NCBI GenBank assembly: GCA_902580855.1
Contig: CACHMF010000004.1
Location: forward strand, 1 to 57,419
Origin: an uncultured Bacteroidota bacterium
GTDB taxonomy: Bacteria > Bacteroidota > Bacteroidia > Flavobacteriales > UBA7312
Direction of reading: 5' to 3'
Length of the DNA stretch: 57,419 nt
Shown piece by piece: positions 41,694 to 51,031 of this stretch. The notes beneath the pieces were generated by a model. It was not told the DNA's origin and made no database searches. It saw only the letters and a list, made by a program, of their open reading frames with translations. The position numbers and the translations under genes were made by a program. The first letter of the stretch is position 1; each line of letters begins with the position of its first letter.

Positions 41694-42980
41694 ATGAACG
41701 TATTAGTAGTAGGATCGGGAGGTAGAGAACATGCCTTGAGTTGGAAAATAGCACAGAGCAGTTTGTGCGAAAAACTCTTCATTGCGCCTGGAAATGCAGG
41801 AACAGCTAGCTTGGGAGAAAATATATCCATTGCAGTGGATGACTTTGAAGCGATGAAAGACTTAGTCTTGGAACATAACATCAGCATGGTTGTGGTTGGC
41901 CCAGAAGATCCATTGGTAAAAGGGATTTACGATTACTTTTCTGCAGACGAAGCTTTGAAGGAAGTTACTGTAATTGGGCCCTCTAAAAGAGGGGCTCAGC
42001 TAGAAGGAAGTAAGGAGTTTTCTAAACAATTTATGCAAAAATTTGGTGTGCCAACAGCCGCTTACCGAAGTTTTACCAAAGATACGTTGGAAACGGGATA
42101 TGATTTCTTGGAAACCTTGAATCCGCCATTCGTATTAAAAGCTGACGGATTAGCTGCAGGGAAGGGTGTATTGATAATTGACGACTTAACTGAAGCAAAA
42201 GCAGAGTTGAAGGCTATGTTGGCAGATGCAAAGTTTGGTGATGCAAGTTCTAAAGTTGTGATTGAAGAATTCTTAGATGGAATAGAGCTTTCTGTTTTTG
42301 TGTTAACAGATGGAGAAAGCTATAAAGTGTTGCCATCAGCAAAGGATTACAAGCGAATAGGTGAAGGTGATATAGGCTTAAATACGGGAGGTATGGGAGC
42401 TATTTCTCCTGTCCCGTTTGCGGACAAATTCTTTTTAGAGAAAGTTGAAGACAGAATTATTAAGCCAACCGTTAATGGATTAAAAGAAGAAGGAATTGTT
42501 TACAAAGGATTCATCTTTATTGGCTTGATGAATGTGAATGGAGATCCTTATGTAATTGAGTACAATGTGCGTATGGGTGATCCTGAAACAGAGGTGGTCA
42601 TTCCTAGAATCAAATCAGACTTATTGAATCTATTTAAAGGAATTGGCGATGGCACTTTCAGTGAAAAAGATTTTTATGTTGATGAAGATACTGCAGTGAC
42701 CGTTATGTTGGTGTCGGGAGGATATCCAGAAGCATACGAAAAAGGCAAGGTAATGAGTGGTTTTGAAGACTGTGAAGATAGTATTCTATTCCATGCTGGA
42801 ACCAAACAGGAAGGAGAAGATGTAGTGACTAATGGAGGCCGTGTATTGGCTATTACTTCTTACGGAAGAGACATGGACATAGCACTTGCTAAATCATTCG
42901 CTAACGCAGAAAAAATAAATTTCGAAAAGAAATACTTCCGAAGAGATATCGGTTTTGACTTACAAACAGAAGAGGCTTAG
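41694..42980 (+). CDS. purD: phosphoribosylamine--glycine ligase
   Basis: 'GSGGREHAL', 'KADGLAAGKGV', 'NTGGMG', 'EYNVRMGDPE'. Confidence 0.97.
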   Translation: MNVLVVGSGGREHALSWKIAQSSLCEKLFIAPGNAGTASLGENISIAVDDFEAMKDLVLEHNISMVVVGPEDPLVKGIYDYFSADEALKEVTVIGPSKRGAQLEGSKEFSKQFMQKFGVPTAAYRSFTKDTLETGYDFLETLNPPFVLKADGLAAGKGVLIIDDLTEAKAELKAMLADAKFGDASSKVVIEEFLDGIELSVFVLTDGESYKVLPSAKDYKRIGEGDIGLNTGGMGAISPVPFADKFFLEKVEDRIIKPTVNGLKEEGIVYKGFIFIGLMNVNGDPYVIEYNVRMGDPETEVVIPRIKSDLLNLFKGIGDGTFSEKDFYVDEDTAVTVMLVSGGYPEAYEKGKVMSGFEDCEDSILFHAGTKQEGEDVVTNGGRVLAITSYGRDMDIALAKSFANAEKINFEKKYFRRDIGFDLQTEEA

Positions 42981-43144
42981 GCTTCTCCGTTTCTTTTAAA
43001 CTGAATTAGTTTTACAGTCCAGTAAATAAACAACGCAGAGACAACAAGAATAGAGATGTCATTTGGGATATTACCAATAGAAGGCATGATTGTCCATAAG
43101 CTTTCAAACATATCACCAATTCTGTAAAAGAAATCTCTTATCAT
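42977..43144 (-). CDS. 55-aa membrane protein, DUF6341-like (absent from the ORF track)
   Basis: Manual translation: MIRDFFYRIGDMFESLWTIMPSIGNIPNDISILVVSALFIYWTVKLIQFKRNGEA. One TM helix, upstream TACTTTTG -7 element, sits between purD and DUF6427 as I recall for DUF6341 in flavobacteria. Confidence 0.7.
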   Translation of the reverse strand: MIRDFFYRIGDMFESLWTIMPSIGNIPNDISILVVSALFIYWTVKLIQFKRNGEA

Positions 43145-43192
43145 TTTTTGTAATTTTAATTTCGAAACAAAAGTAGAAATATTCTGAAATAA

Positions 43193-44170
43193 ATGTTAGT
43201 AAAACTGCTTAAAACCACACGCCCTGCGGCACTTTTCTGTTTCTTTGGGATGGCAATCTTATTTTTCGCCTTTCAATTATTACACCTTTCGGATTACTCT
43301 TTTGCACAAACAGGATATCCTTTATTTGATTTAGCCCAGCATTTAATCTTTAGTAATAAGTGGCTGGCAGCCATTTTAGTTTTCGTATTGTCTTTGCTAA
43401 TGGCTATGGGCTTTAACAACTTGATTTCTGAGAAAGGGGTATTAAAGTACAACACAGTATTACCTGCTTCAGTGCTGATTATTTTTGTTTCTATTTTTTC
43501 CTTTTCGCCAGTTTGGTTAGCTGTTTTTTTTCTTCTTTTTTTCCTTAATAAGCTATTAGGATTGTATCAAAAAGAGCGACCATATGCTGTATTGTTTGAC
43601 GCAGCTTTTTTACTTGGGATGAGTGTATTGATATATCCACCAACGATCTTTTTGTTTCCGCTTATTTTTATCGCTAACCTTACTTACAGCGCAGTAGGAT
43701 GGAGGAATTATATCATTCCAGTTTTGGGTTTTATAAGCCCATTGTTAATAATGGCATGTTATTTGTTTTTTGTAGATACACTACCGCTTTACAAAGAGCA
43801 TTATCTACGTATGCTTAACCTGTTTTTACCTAGTATTGAAATTTCACTTTCACAAGGCATCTTTTTCGTGACGTTAACAATTCTGCTTTTAAGCGCTTTT
43901 AAGGAATTGGCACAATGGTTTATAATGAAAAGTTTGCGTTCTAGAAAGGCATTTATTGTTTTTGTAGCGTATCTTTTATTTGCACTTTTCAGTTTTTTTA
44001 CGATTGCTGCGGACGGCCTTCAGCACCTTTTGGTGTTGGCTTTTCCAATAGTAGCATTAGTGGGGAATTACTTGTTGTTTGCGCGTAAGTGGTGGTGGTA
44101 CGAAACACTCTTTGCTCTTTTTCTTTTATCCGCTATTTATTTCCATCTTTCTCAAGTATTCGGATTGTAA
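43193..44170 (+). CDS. DUF6427-like multi-pass membrane protein
   Basis: About 10 TM helices, 'LFDAAFLLG...LIYPP', 'WRNYIIPVLG'. purD-neighbour context. Confidence 0.65.
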   Translation: MLVKLLKTTRPAALFCFFGMAILFFAFQLLHLSDYSFAQTGYPLFDLAQHLIFSNKWLAAILVFVLSLLMAMGFNNLISEKGVLKYNTVLPASVLIIFVSIFSFSPVWLAVFFLLFFLNKLLGLYQKERPYAVLFDAAFLLGMSVLIYPPTIFLFPLIFIANLTYSAVGWRNYIIPVLGFISPLLIMACYLFFVDTLPLYKEHYLRMLNLFLPSIEISLSQGIFFVTLTILLLSAFKELAQWFIMKSLRSRKAFIVFVAYLLFALFSFFTIAADGLQHLLVLAFPIVALVGNYLLFARKWWWYETLFALFLLSAIYFHLSQVFGL

Positions 44171-44211
44171 ATAATCCGTAACTTTACTGCATCAATTTTT
44201 ATTCGAAAAAC

Positions 44212-44907
44212 ATGAAGTTTGGAGTAGTTGTTTTCCCAGGATCTAATTGTGATATGGACATGGTATATGTTCTAGAAACCATCATGGGACAAGAAGTAGT
44301 AAAACTATGGCATAAAGACACCGATTTACAAGGTTGTGAATTTATTGTTTTGCCAGGAGGGTTCTCTTACGGAGATTATTTGCGTTCTGGAGCCATTGCA
44401 CGCTTTTCACCAATTATGGAAAAAGTGATTGAGTTTGCCAACAATGGCGGATATATAATGGGTATTTGTAATGGTTTCCAAATTTTGTGTGAGTCGGGGT
44501 TATTGCCGGGCGCATTGTTGCATAATAACAGCCATAAGTTCATTTGTAAAAATGTGAACTTAAGTACACAAACAACCAACACTTTGGTGACGAACAAATT
44601 TGCGGAAGGACAAAATATCTTAATCCCAATTGCTCATGGAGAAGGACGCTATCATGCAGATTCAGAAACATTGAAAATATTGAATGAAAATGATCAGGTA
44701 TTGTTTCGCTATTGTGATGAAAACGGTAACATTACCGATGAAGCAAATCCAAACGGAGCGATTGAAAACATTGCAGGTGTTTGTAATGCAGGACGAAATG
44801 TATTTGGCATGATGCCTCATCCAGAGCGCGCAGCTGATGAGGAGTTGAGCAACACAGATGGTCGAGCTTTATTTGAAAGCATTTTAGCAGCAGTTGAGGC
44901 AGCTTAA
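44212..44907 (+). CDS. purQ: phosphoribosylformylglycinamidine synthase glutaminase subunit
   Basis: 'FPGSNCD', 'PGGFSYGDYLR', 'GICNGFQ', 'MMPHPER'. Confidence 0.97.
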   Translation: MKFGVVVFPGSNCDMDMVYVLETIMGQEVVKLWHKDTDLQGCEFIVLPGGFSYGDYLRSGAIARFSPIMEKVIEFANNGGYIMGICNGFQILCESGLLPGALLHNNSHKFICKNVNLSTQTTNTLVTNKFAEGQNILIPIAHGEGRYHADSETLKILNENDQVLFRYCDENGNITDEANPNGAIENIAGVCNAGRNVFGMMPHPERAADEELSNTDGRALFESILAAVEAA

Positions 44908-44927
44908 TTGTGGCCTAAGCATAAATG

Positions 44928-44955
44928 AAAAGCCCCACCTTGAGTGGGTTTTTTT
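44928..44955. terminator. intrinsic terminator between convergent purQ and nadD
   Basis: aaaagc-cccac-cttga-gtggg-ttttttt. Confidence 0.65.
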
Positions 44956-45526
44956 ATTTGTAAAAATTCATTTCATCTAAATACTGCCACACTTTGGGTG
45001 GTAAAAAGTAGCTGATGTCTTTTTTGTCAGCGATACTTTTTCGGATGAAGCTAGCAGAAATGTCCATGAGCGGAGCTTGTGTTAAATGCACTTTTGGATG
45101 CCTTGCTAAGTTGCAATCTCTGCTTTCAGTTCTTGGGTATACATACAATTCGTGTTCTTCCAAAATGTGTTCGTAGTTTTTCCACTTATGAAATGAATTT
45201 AAATTATCTCCGCCCATAATGAGTGCAAAATTGAGTGTGGGGTATTTCTCTTTTAAATAAGTAAGTGTATCTATTGTGTAAGATGGTTGCGAAAGATTGA
45301 ATTCAATATTAGATGCTTGAAACTGTGGATGATCTTCTGTTGCTATACGCACCATCATTAGTCGGTGTTGTTGGTCTAATAAACTGCGTTTTTCTTTGAA
45401 AGGATTTTGTGGGGAAACCACAAACCAAACTTGCTTTAAATCGGTAAACTCTACCATGTATTGCGCAATGGTAATGTGGCCAATATGCAAAGGATTAAAA
45501 GAACCAAAAAAGAGTCCCGTTTTCAT
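44954..45526 (-). CDS. nadD: nicotinate-nucleotide adenylyltransferase
   Basis: 'FGSFNPLHIGH', 'SYTIDTL', 'ISASFIR'. Confidence 0.96.
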   Translation of the reverse strand: MKTGLFFGSFNPLHIGHITIAQYMVEFTDLKQVWFVVSPQNPFKEKRSLLDQQHRLMMVRIATEDHPQFQASNIEFNLSQPSYTIDTLTYLKEKYPTLNFALIMGGDNLNSFHKWKNYEHILEEHELYVYPRTESRDCNLARHPKVHLTQAPLMDISASFIRKSIADKKDISYFLPPKVWQYLDEMNFYK

Positions 45527-45528
45527 GT

Positions 45529-46098
45529 TTACTTGTTTATAAAGTCAGTGACTTTTGTAATTACTTCTTGGCGCGCAGTATCTAAATCATCATTCACAAC
45601 AACAATGTCAAAAGCATCTTGTTGGGCCATTTCTTCTACAACTTTAGCTAATCGTTTTTGTAAACTCTCAGCAGTTTCAGTACCTCTTCCTTCTAATCGA
45701 CTTTTCAATTCCTCTATAGATGGAGGAGCCACAAAGACGGAAAGTGCTTGCACGCCAAAGTGTTTTTTAATGTTAATTCCCCCTACAACATCTACATCAA
45801 AAATGACTTGTTTGCCATTTGCCCAGATGCGTTCCACTTCCGATTTTAAGGTGCCGTAAAACATGTCTCTATACACCTCTTCCCACTCTAAAAAAGCATT
45901 TTCCGCTATTTTTTCTTTGAAGTCTCTAGGACTTAAAAAGTAGTAATCTTTGCCATCTTTCTCATTTGCTCTTGGCGAACGGCTACAAGCTGAAATAGAA
46001 AATTCTAAAGGTAGCCCTTGATCAAGTAAATGGCGTACTAAAGTTGTTTTACCAGCACCTGAAGGGGCAGAAAATATGACTACTTTCTTAGAGAACAT
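45529..46098 (-). CDS. gmk: guanylate kinase
   Basis: 'APSGAGKTT', 'R..E.DGKDYYF', 'YGT'. Confidence 0.96.
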   Translation of the reverse strand: MFSKKVVIFSAPSGAGKTTLVRHLLDQGLPLEFSISACSRSPRANEKDGKDYYFLSPRDFKEKIAENAFLEWEEVYRDMFYGTLKSEVERIWANGKQVIFDVDVVGGINIKKHFGVQALSVFVAPPSIEELKSRLEGRGTETAESLQKRLAKVVEEMAQQDAFDIVVVNDDLDTARQEVITKVTDFINK

Positions 46099-46987
46099 TC
46101 AGCAGTTGTTCTTTAATTTTTTCTAACTCATCTTTCATCTGCACCACCACTTTTTGCATACCTGCTTCTGATGATTTAGAACCAATGGTGTTAATTTCTC
46201 TTCCAATTTCTTGACTAATAAAACCCAGTTTTTTCCCGTTTGGAGAGCCAGCATCCATGGTTTCTAAAAAATAGTTGAGGTGTGCCGAAAGGCGTACTTG
46301 CTCTTCAGTGATATCTTGCTTTTCTAGGTAATAAATTAGTTCCTGTTCAAATCGGTTTTCATCAATATTCTTTGACTCTAATTCAGCTAATTTATCTTGC
46401 AGGCTGCTTTTTACCTTTTCAATACGTTGCTTGGCAAGCGGTGCAATATCTGCTAAAAGTTGCGCGATGATATTGATGCGCTTGCGAATGTCTTCCTCTA
46501 GCTTCTTCCCTTCATCTGTACGGAATTGTACCAAATTACTAATAGCCAAACGAACGCCTTCTTCTACTTTTTGCCATTCGTTCTCATCAGCGGCTTCTTC
46601 TCCTTTAATCATGATGTCAGGCATACGTACCATAGTTTGCATGATGTCTCTGTAAATACTTCTTTCTGACATAGAAAAAGGTTCTTTGTAGCCCAACTCT
46701 TTGCGTAGTTCATCAATTTGTTGGTGGTACGCTTTCACCACTTCTTTGTTGATGGAATAACGACTTGCACTCGCAATCTCTTCGCGCCAAATAGAAAGCT
46801 CTACTTTTCCGCGAACTAACTTTTCTGATAGGATTTTACGCAAGCCAATTTCTTTCTCTCTATAGATAGAAGACATCTTTACATAAGCATCAATTTGCTT
46901 GGAGTTAAGCGATTTCACTTCAATGGTAAAGTTCGCATGAGGTAGGTTCAGTTCGGCTTTTCCGTAGCCAGTCATTGATAGCATCAT
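46088..46987 (-). CDS. yicC: YicC/YloC family endoribonuclease
   Basis: 'SMTGYG', 'DITEE..RL..H', 'GKKLGF..QEIGREINTIGSK'. Confidence 0.93.
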   Translation of the reverse strand: MMLSMTGYGKAELNLPHANFTIEVKSLNSKQIDAYVKMSSIYREKEIGLRKILSEKLVRGKVELSIWREEIASASRYSINKEVVKAYHQQIDELRKELGYKEPFSMSERSIYRDIMQTMVRMPDIMIKGEEAADENEWQKVEEGVRLAISNLVQFRTDEGKKLEEDIRKRINIIAQLLADIAPLAKQRIEKVKSSLQDKLAELESKNIDENRFEQELIYYLEKQDITEEQVRLSAHLNYFLETMDAGSPNGKKLGFISQEIGREINTIGSKSSEAGMQKVVVQMKDELEKIKEQLLNVL

Positions 46988-47020
46988 GAGTCTGAAAATT
47001 TTAACAAAGGTAGCAAATTG

Positions 47021-47908
47021 CTAGTACTGCTTGGGGCGAAAACTCACTAAATATACGCCTGTAAAAATAATAAGGGCAGCACCTATCTTAACAGGACTTA
47101 AAGAATCACTACCTGCAAAAATAGCCACCAAACTAGCCAAAACGGGCTGCAAATAAATGTAGGTGCTTACTGTAGAGGGGTTGAGCGAATTCAGTCCATA
47201 GATGTTTAAGAGGTAAGCCATAAAAGTGGTGCAAATCACTACAAAAGCGGCTTTCCAAAGGATGTCTGTAGGCATGCTAGTCCATTCAATAACTTGAAAT
47301 TCTTCCCAGCCAAAAGGGATGACAAAGATCAAGCCAAACAGAAAAACCCAGGAGATAACTGTAATGGGCTTGTATTTCTGCATAAGGGGTTTGACCAAAA
47401 CGAGATACACCCCATATGATGCCGCATTGATAAGCACCATGATGTTGCCCCAGAAATGATCGGGGTTAAGCTCTAATGCGCCGCCATAAGTGATAAGAGA
47501 AATAGCGCCAGTTGCTCCAAGTGCGATACCCAAAATTTTACGCTTGGTAATAGTTTCAGTAGCTAAAAAAGCACCCATAATCAATACCAAAATAGGATTG
47601 GTAACCATAATTACAGCGGCATTGATGGGGGTGGTGAGATTCAGACCTTCGAAAAATAACATTTGATTTATGGCAACACCAAATAATCCGCAAAGCGCCA
47701 ATTTGAACAAATCGCCTTTGACTACCTTTTCATAAAAGAACATACGATAACAAAACCAAAAGAGTAATACAGCTCCGCTGACCCTTAAGAAGATGAAACC
47801 TAAAGGTTGAATGTAGTCAGGCATAACATCCTTAGCTACTGTGTAGTTAATACCGTATATAAGGTTGGCTGTAAATAGTGCGATATGTGCGAGTAGTCGC
47901 TTACTCAT
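47021..47908 (-). CDS. DMT/EamA family transporter
   Basis: Ten TM helices in two EamA repeats, 'YIYLQPV'. Confidence 0.9.
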   Translation of the reverse strand: MSKRLLAHIALFTANLIYGINYTVAKDVMPDYIQPLGFIFLRVSGAVLLFWFCYRMFFYEKVVKGDLFKLALCGLFGVAINQMLFFEGLNLTTPINAAVIMVTNPILVLIMGAFLATETITKRKILGIALGATGAISLITYGGALELNPDHFWGNIMVLINAASYGVYLVLVKPLMQKYKPITVISWVFLFGLIFVIPFGWEEFQVIEWTSMPTDILWKAAFVVICTTFMAYLLNIYGLNSLNPSTVSTYIYLQPVLASLVAIFAGSDSLSPVKIGAALIIFTGVYLVSFRPKQY

Positions 47909-48248
47909 GGAGGGCTGTTTGTACTGCTTCTATCGTCTTTTTAGTATTGCCAATAAAGATAGCTCCATCAATTAAAAAGACCGGTCTTTTTAAGAAAGTA
48001 TCTTCCTCTAAAATAAGTTGTTTGTAGTCTGCTTCACTAAGCATTTTCCCTTTCAGCTTCATGGTCTTGTATTTAATTGCTTTTCGGCTGAAAAGTGCTT
48101 CATAAGAACCGGCTAAAATAGCCATTTCATTCAGCTGTTTCTCCGTTATTTTTTCAGAACGAATTTCTTGTGTTTTCTCATCCCAATTCAGTTCCTCCAA
48201 TATACGCTGGCAAGTGGTGCATTTTCCTAAGTGATAAACCTTTTTCAT
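47901..48248 (-). CDS. ArsC/Spx/YffB family thioredoxin-fold protein
   Basis: 'CTTC' and 'FLKRPV'. Confidence 0.85.
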   Translation of the reverse strand: MKKVYHLGKCTTCQRILEELNWDEKTQEIRSEKITEKQLNEMAILAGSYEALFSRKAIKYKTMKLKGKMLSEADYKQLILEEDTFLKRPVFLIDGAIFIGNTKKTIEAVQTALHE

Positions 48249-48312
48249 ATTCTTTTATTTGCTTCAAAAGTAAGAACAAATCCCTACATTTGTGAGGCAA
48301 AATTTTAGAAGG

Positions 48313-49473
48313 ATGAGCAAGCAAGAGATGAAATTCAACACAAAGGTGATACATGCCGGTTTAGAGCCGGATCCAACAACAGGCGCCATCATGACGCCTA
48401 TTTACCAAACATCCACTTATGTACAAGCCTTTCCAGGCGACCATAAGGGGTTTGAATATTCTAGAACAGGTAATCCAACGCGTGCGGCTTTAGAAGCAAA
48501 TTTAGCAGCTTTAGAAAATGCAAAATATGGTTTGTGTTTTGGCAGCGGCTTAGCCGCTATTGATGCAGTTATTAAGTTGCTGAGTCCTGGGGATGAAGTC
48601 GTTTCTACCAACGATTTGTATGGGGGAACTTATCGCATCTTTTCCAAAGTATTTGAAAACTATGGGATCAAGTTCAACTTTATTGGCATGGAAAATGTAG
48701 ATAAAATTGAGGAACATATTACAGAAAAAACCAAGCTCATTTGGGTGGAAACACCAACCAACCCAATGCTGAATATTATTGACATTGAAGCAGTGAATAA
48801 ATTAGCTAAAAGACACGGTATCTTGTTGGGCGTTGATAATACTTTCGCTTCGCCATATCTTCAAAATCCAATGGATTTAGGTGCGGATATTGTGATGCAT
48901 TCTGTGACTAAATATTTAGGTGGTCATTCGGATGTAGTGATGGGTGCTTTAATGGTATGTGATGATGCCTTAGCGGAGCGCTTATATTTTATCCAAAATT
49001 CTTGTGGCGCAGTACCAGGGCCAATGGATAGTTTCTTAGTGCTAAGAGGGATTAAAACTCTACACTTGCGCATGCAGCGCCATTGCGAGAACGGTAAAGA
49101 AATCGCCCATTTCTTAAAGAGCCATCCGAAAGTGGAACATGTATATTGGCCTGGCTTTGAAACACATCCAAATCATGAGATTGCTAAAGCTCAAATGAAA
49201 GATTTTGGAGGGATGATGTCATTCTCCTTGAGAGGTAATAAGTTAGAAGATGCCTTCCAAGTAGTGTCTTCAATGAGAGTATTCACCTTGGCAGAATCTT
49301 TAGGTGGTGTTGAGTCTTTATCAGGCCATCCAGCAAGCATGACACATGCAGCCATTCCAAAAGAAGAAAGAGAAAAAACAGGAGTAGTTGACTCTTTGAT
49401 TCGTTTGAGTGTTGGCGTAGAAGACATCGAAGACTTGAAAGCCGATTTAGCACAAGCCTTAGCGCAACTTTAA
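48313..49473 (+). CDS. metB: cystathionine gamma-synthase/gamma-lyase (PLP trans-sulfuration enzyme)
   Basis: 'YSRTGNPT', 'ETPTNP', 'DNTF', 'HSVTKYLGGHSD'. The track start 48292 overlaps a -7 element (TACATTTG 48285-48292), so ATG 48313 or 48328 is preferred. Synthase versus lyase cannot be resolved from sequence. Confidence 0.85.
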   Translation: MSKQEMKFNTKVIHAGLEPDPTTGAIMTPIYQTSTYVQAFPGDHKGFEYSRTGNPTRAALEANLAALENAKYGLCFGSGLAAIDAVIKLLSPGDEVVSTNDLYGGTYRIFSKVFENYGIKFNFIGMENVDKIEEHITEKTKLIWVETPTNPMLNIIDIEAVNKLAKRHGILLGVDNTFASPYLQNPMDLGADIVMHSVTKYLGGHSDVVMGALMVCDDALAERLYFIQNSCGAVPGPMDSFLVLRGIKTLHLRMQRHCENGKEIAHFLKSHPKVEHVYWPGFETHPNHEIAKAQMKDFGGMMSFSLRGNKLEDAFQVVSSMRVFTLAESLGGVESLSGHPASMTHAAIPKEEREKTGVVDSLIRLSVGVEDIEDLKADLAQALAQL

Positions 49474-50174
49474 TGAACCTCATTTACATAACGGGCAGCA
49501 GTAGTGGTTTGGGTAAAGCCCTTGCTGAATTATTGTTGGAAGACAAAAATAATTTTGTTGTAGGAATTGCTCGAAGAGAAACAATTCAGCACGAGCGATA
49601 TACTCATTATACACTAGATTTAAAGGAAGTGATAAATCTAAATATTTTTCAAAAGCTTCCATGCACTTGCAAAAAGGTGGTACTCATTAATAATGCAGGC
49701 GCTGTAGGGCCAATTACAAGAGTCGGTTCTCAATCCTATGAAGAAGTAGCCGATAATTATTCTATTAATGTAACCGCTCCTTCTTTTTTATGTAATCAGT
49801 TTGTAAATGCATATCAAAATGAAAAGGTGCAAAAAATTATAATCAATGTTAGCTCAGGAGCAGGCAAGCACCCCATTGAAGCCTGGAGCACTTATTGTGC
49901 TTCTAAAGCTGCTTTAGATATGTTTACACAGGTTTTACAAGCCGAATATGCCGATTTTAAAGTCTTTGCAGTTGCTCCTGGAATAGTGGATACACCTATG
50001 CAGGATAATATCCGAAATGCAGATGAGCAACATTTCCCCCACTTAGATCGTTTTCAGAACTATAAAGCCGATGGTGAATTAGTTTCTACTAGAGAAGTAG
50101 CGCTGAAATATTTGAAAATCATACAAGAGCCACAAAATTTTAAAGAAGTACTACTTTCAGTGCGTGATTTTTAA
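49473..50174 (+). CDS. SDR family oxidoreductase (sepiapterin/benzil reductase-like)
   Basis: 'TGSSSGLG', 'INNAG', 'SSGAG', 'YCASK', 'PGIVDT.MQ'. Confidence 0.9.
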   Translation: MNLIYITGSSSGLGKALAELLLEDKNNFVVGIARRETIQHERYTHYTLDLKEVINLNIFQKLPCTCKKVVLINNAGAVGPITRVGSQSYEEVADNYSINVTAPSFLCNQFVNAYQNEKVQKIIINVSSGAGKHPIEAWSTYCASKAALDMFTQVLQAEYADFKVFAVAPGIVDTPMQDNIRNADEQHFPHLDRFQNYKADGELVSTREVALKYLKIIQEPQNFKEVLLSVRDF

Positions 50175-50421
50175 CTGTTGATAAAAACGAGTCTTTTTTA
50201 CTTAAAAGACAATCAAAATACAGTATAAAAAGCTATAAATCAGTAAATTAAAAAACAACTCAATTTTTAACAGATTTTTGTTAATAAGCACCTTTTCAAA
50301 AGACCTTAAAACTTATTAATAAAAATATAAACATTTGAAAATCAGCTAAATAAAAAAATATAAGTTATGATTTTGATAATTACAGAGTGAAATATCTTCT
50401 ATAATGTAAAAAGCTTAATTA

Positions 50422-50453
50422 TTTGATAAGTAACAAATTACCTCTTATGTTTG
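50422..50453 (+). promoter_or_regulatory. full consensus Bacteroidota promoter: -33 TTTG (50422-50425), 20-nt spacer, -7 TATGTTTG (50446-50453)
   Basis: Both elements match consensus with canonical spacing, 31 nt before ATG 50485. Confidence 0.7.
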
Positions 50454-50484
50454 ATATCGTATTAACCAAACCTTTTATAATATT

Positions 50485-50706
50485 ATGGACAAGGTATTTA
50501 AGTATTTCAATGACTTTTTTAAAGGTCTTACTGGCTTACTAATGACTTTATTAGGATTAGCAGTAGCGATTCAAATTTTATTTGGTGGCGCTGTTTTCGG
50601 AATGGATGTTATTAAACATGTATCAGATGTTATCACTGTTTTAGGTGATGGTGGTTTTGTTGGCCTATTAACACTACTTATACTTTATTCATTCTTAACT
50701 AAGTAA
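50485..50706 (+). CDS. 73-aa two-TM membrane protein of unknown function (paralog A)
   Basis: Own promoter and terminator, two hydrophobic helices, clear similarity to the downstream ORF. Confidence 0.85.
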   Translation: MDKVFKYFNDFFKGLTGLLMTLLGLAVAIQILFGGAVFGMDVIKHVSDVITVLGDGGFVGLLTLLILYSFLTK

Positions 50707-50728
50707 GATAAGAATGTGTTGAATGAAT

Positions 50729-50756
50729 AAAGCCCGCTCACATGCGGGCTTTTTTT
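50729..50756 (+). terminator. intrinsic terminator after paralog A
   Basis: aaagcccgc-tcacat-gcgggcttt followed by a T run. Confidence 0.88.
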
Positions 50757-50800
50757 GTTTTTCTAGGAAATTATTAAGTTTGAACAGACTAAACCCTATT

Positions 50801-51031
50801 ATGAAAAAGAAATTATCACAGTTTAAAGACTTACTTTCAGAGTTAACCTCTTTTGCGGTAGTCTTATTATGTTTAGGTATAACCGTTCAATTACTCATTG
50901 GCGAATCTCTTTTAGGTTGGGATGTAGTAGGAAACATCACTAAATCTATTGGCAAGATGGGGCAGAGTAACTTTATAGGTGTTGCTGCCTTATTAGTGCT
51001 TTATTCTATTTACACTAAGAAAAAAGACTAA
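50801..51031 (+). CDS. 76-aa two-TM membrane protein of unknown function (paralog B)
   Basis: Start reassigned to MKKKLSQ (50801), because the track start lies upstream of the terminator. Own -7 element TAAGTTTG at 50775-50782. Confidence 0.8.
   Translation: MKKKLSQFKDLLSELTSFAVVLLCLGITVQLLIGESLLGWDVVGNITKSIGKMGQSNFIGVAALLVLYSIYTKKKD

Noticed and set aside
50485-51031. The small paralog pair as ATP synthase c subunits, a toxin-antitoxin pair or a K+ channel
   Set aside because: No RQP loop or TM2 carboxylate, no GYG filter, and both genes are similar membrane proteins with no antisense or antitoxin feature visible.
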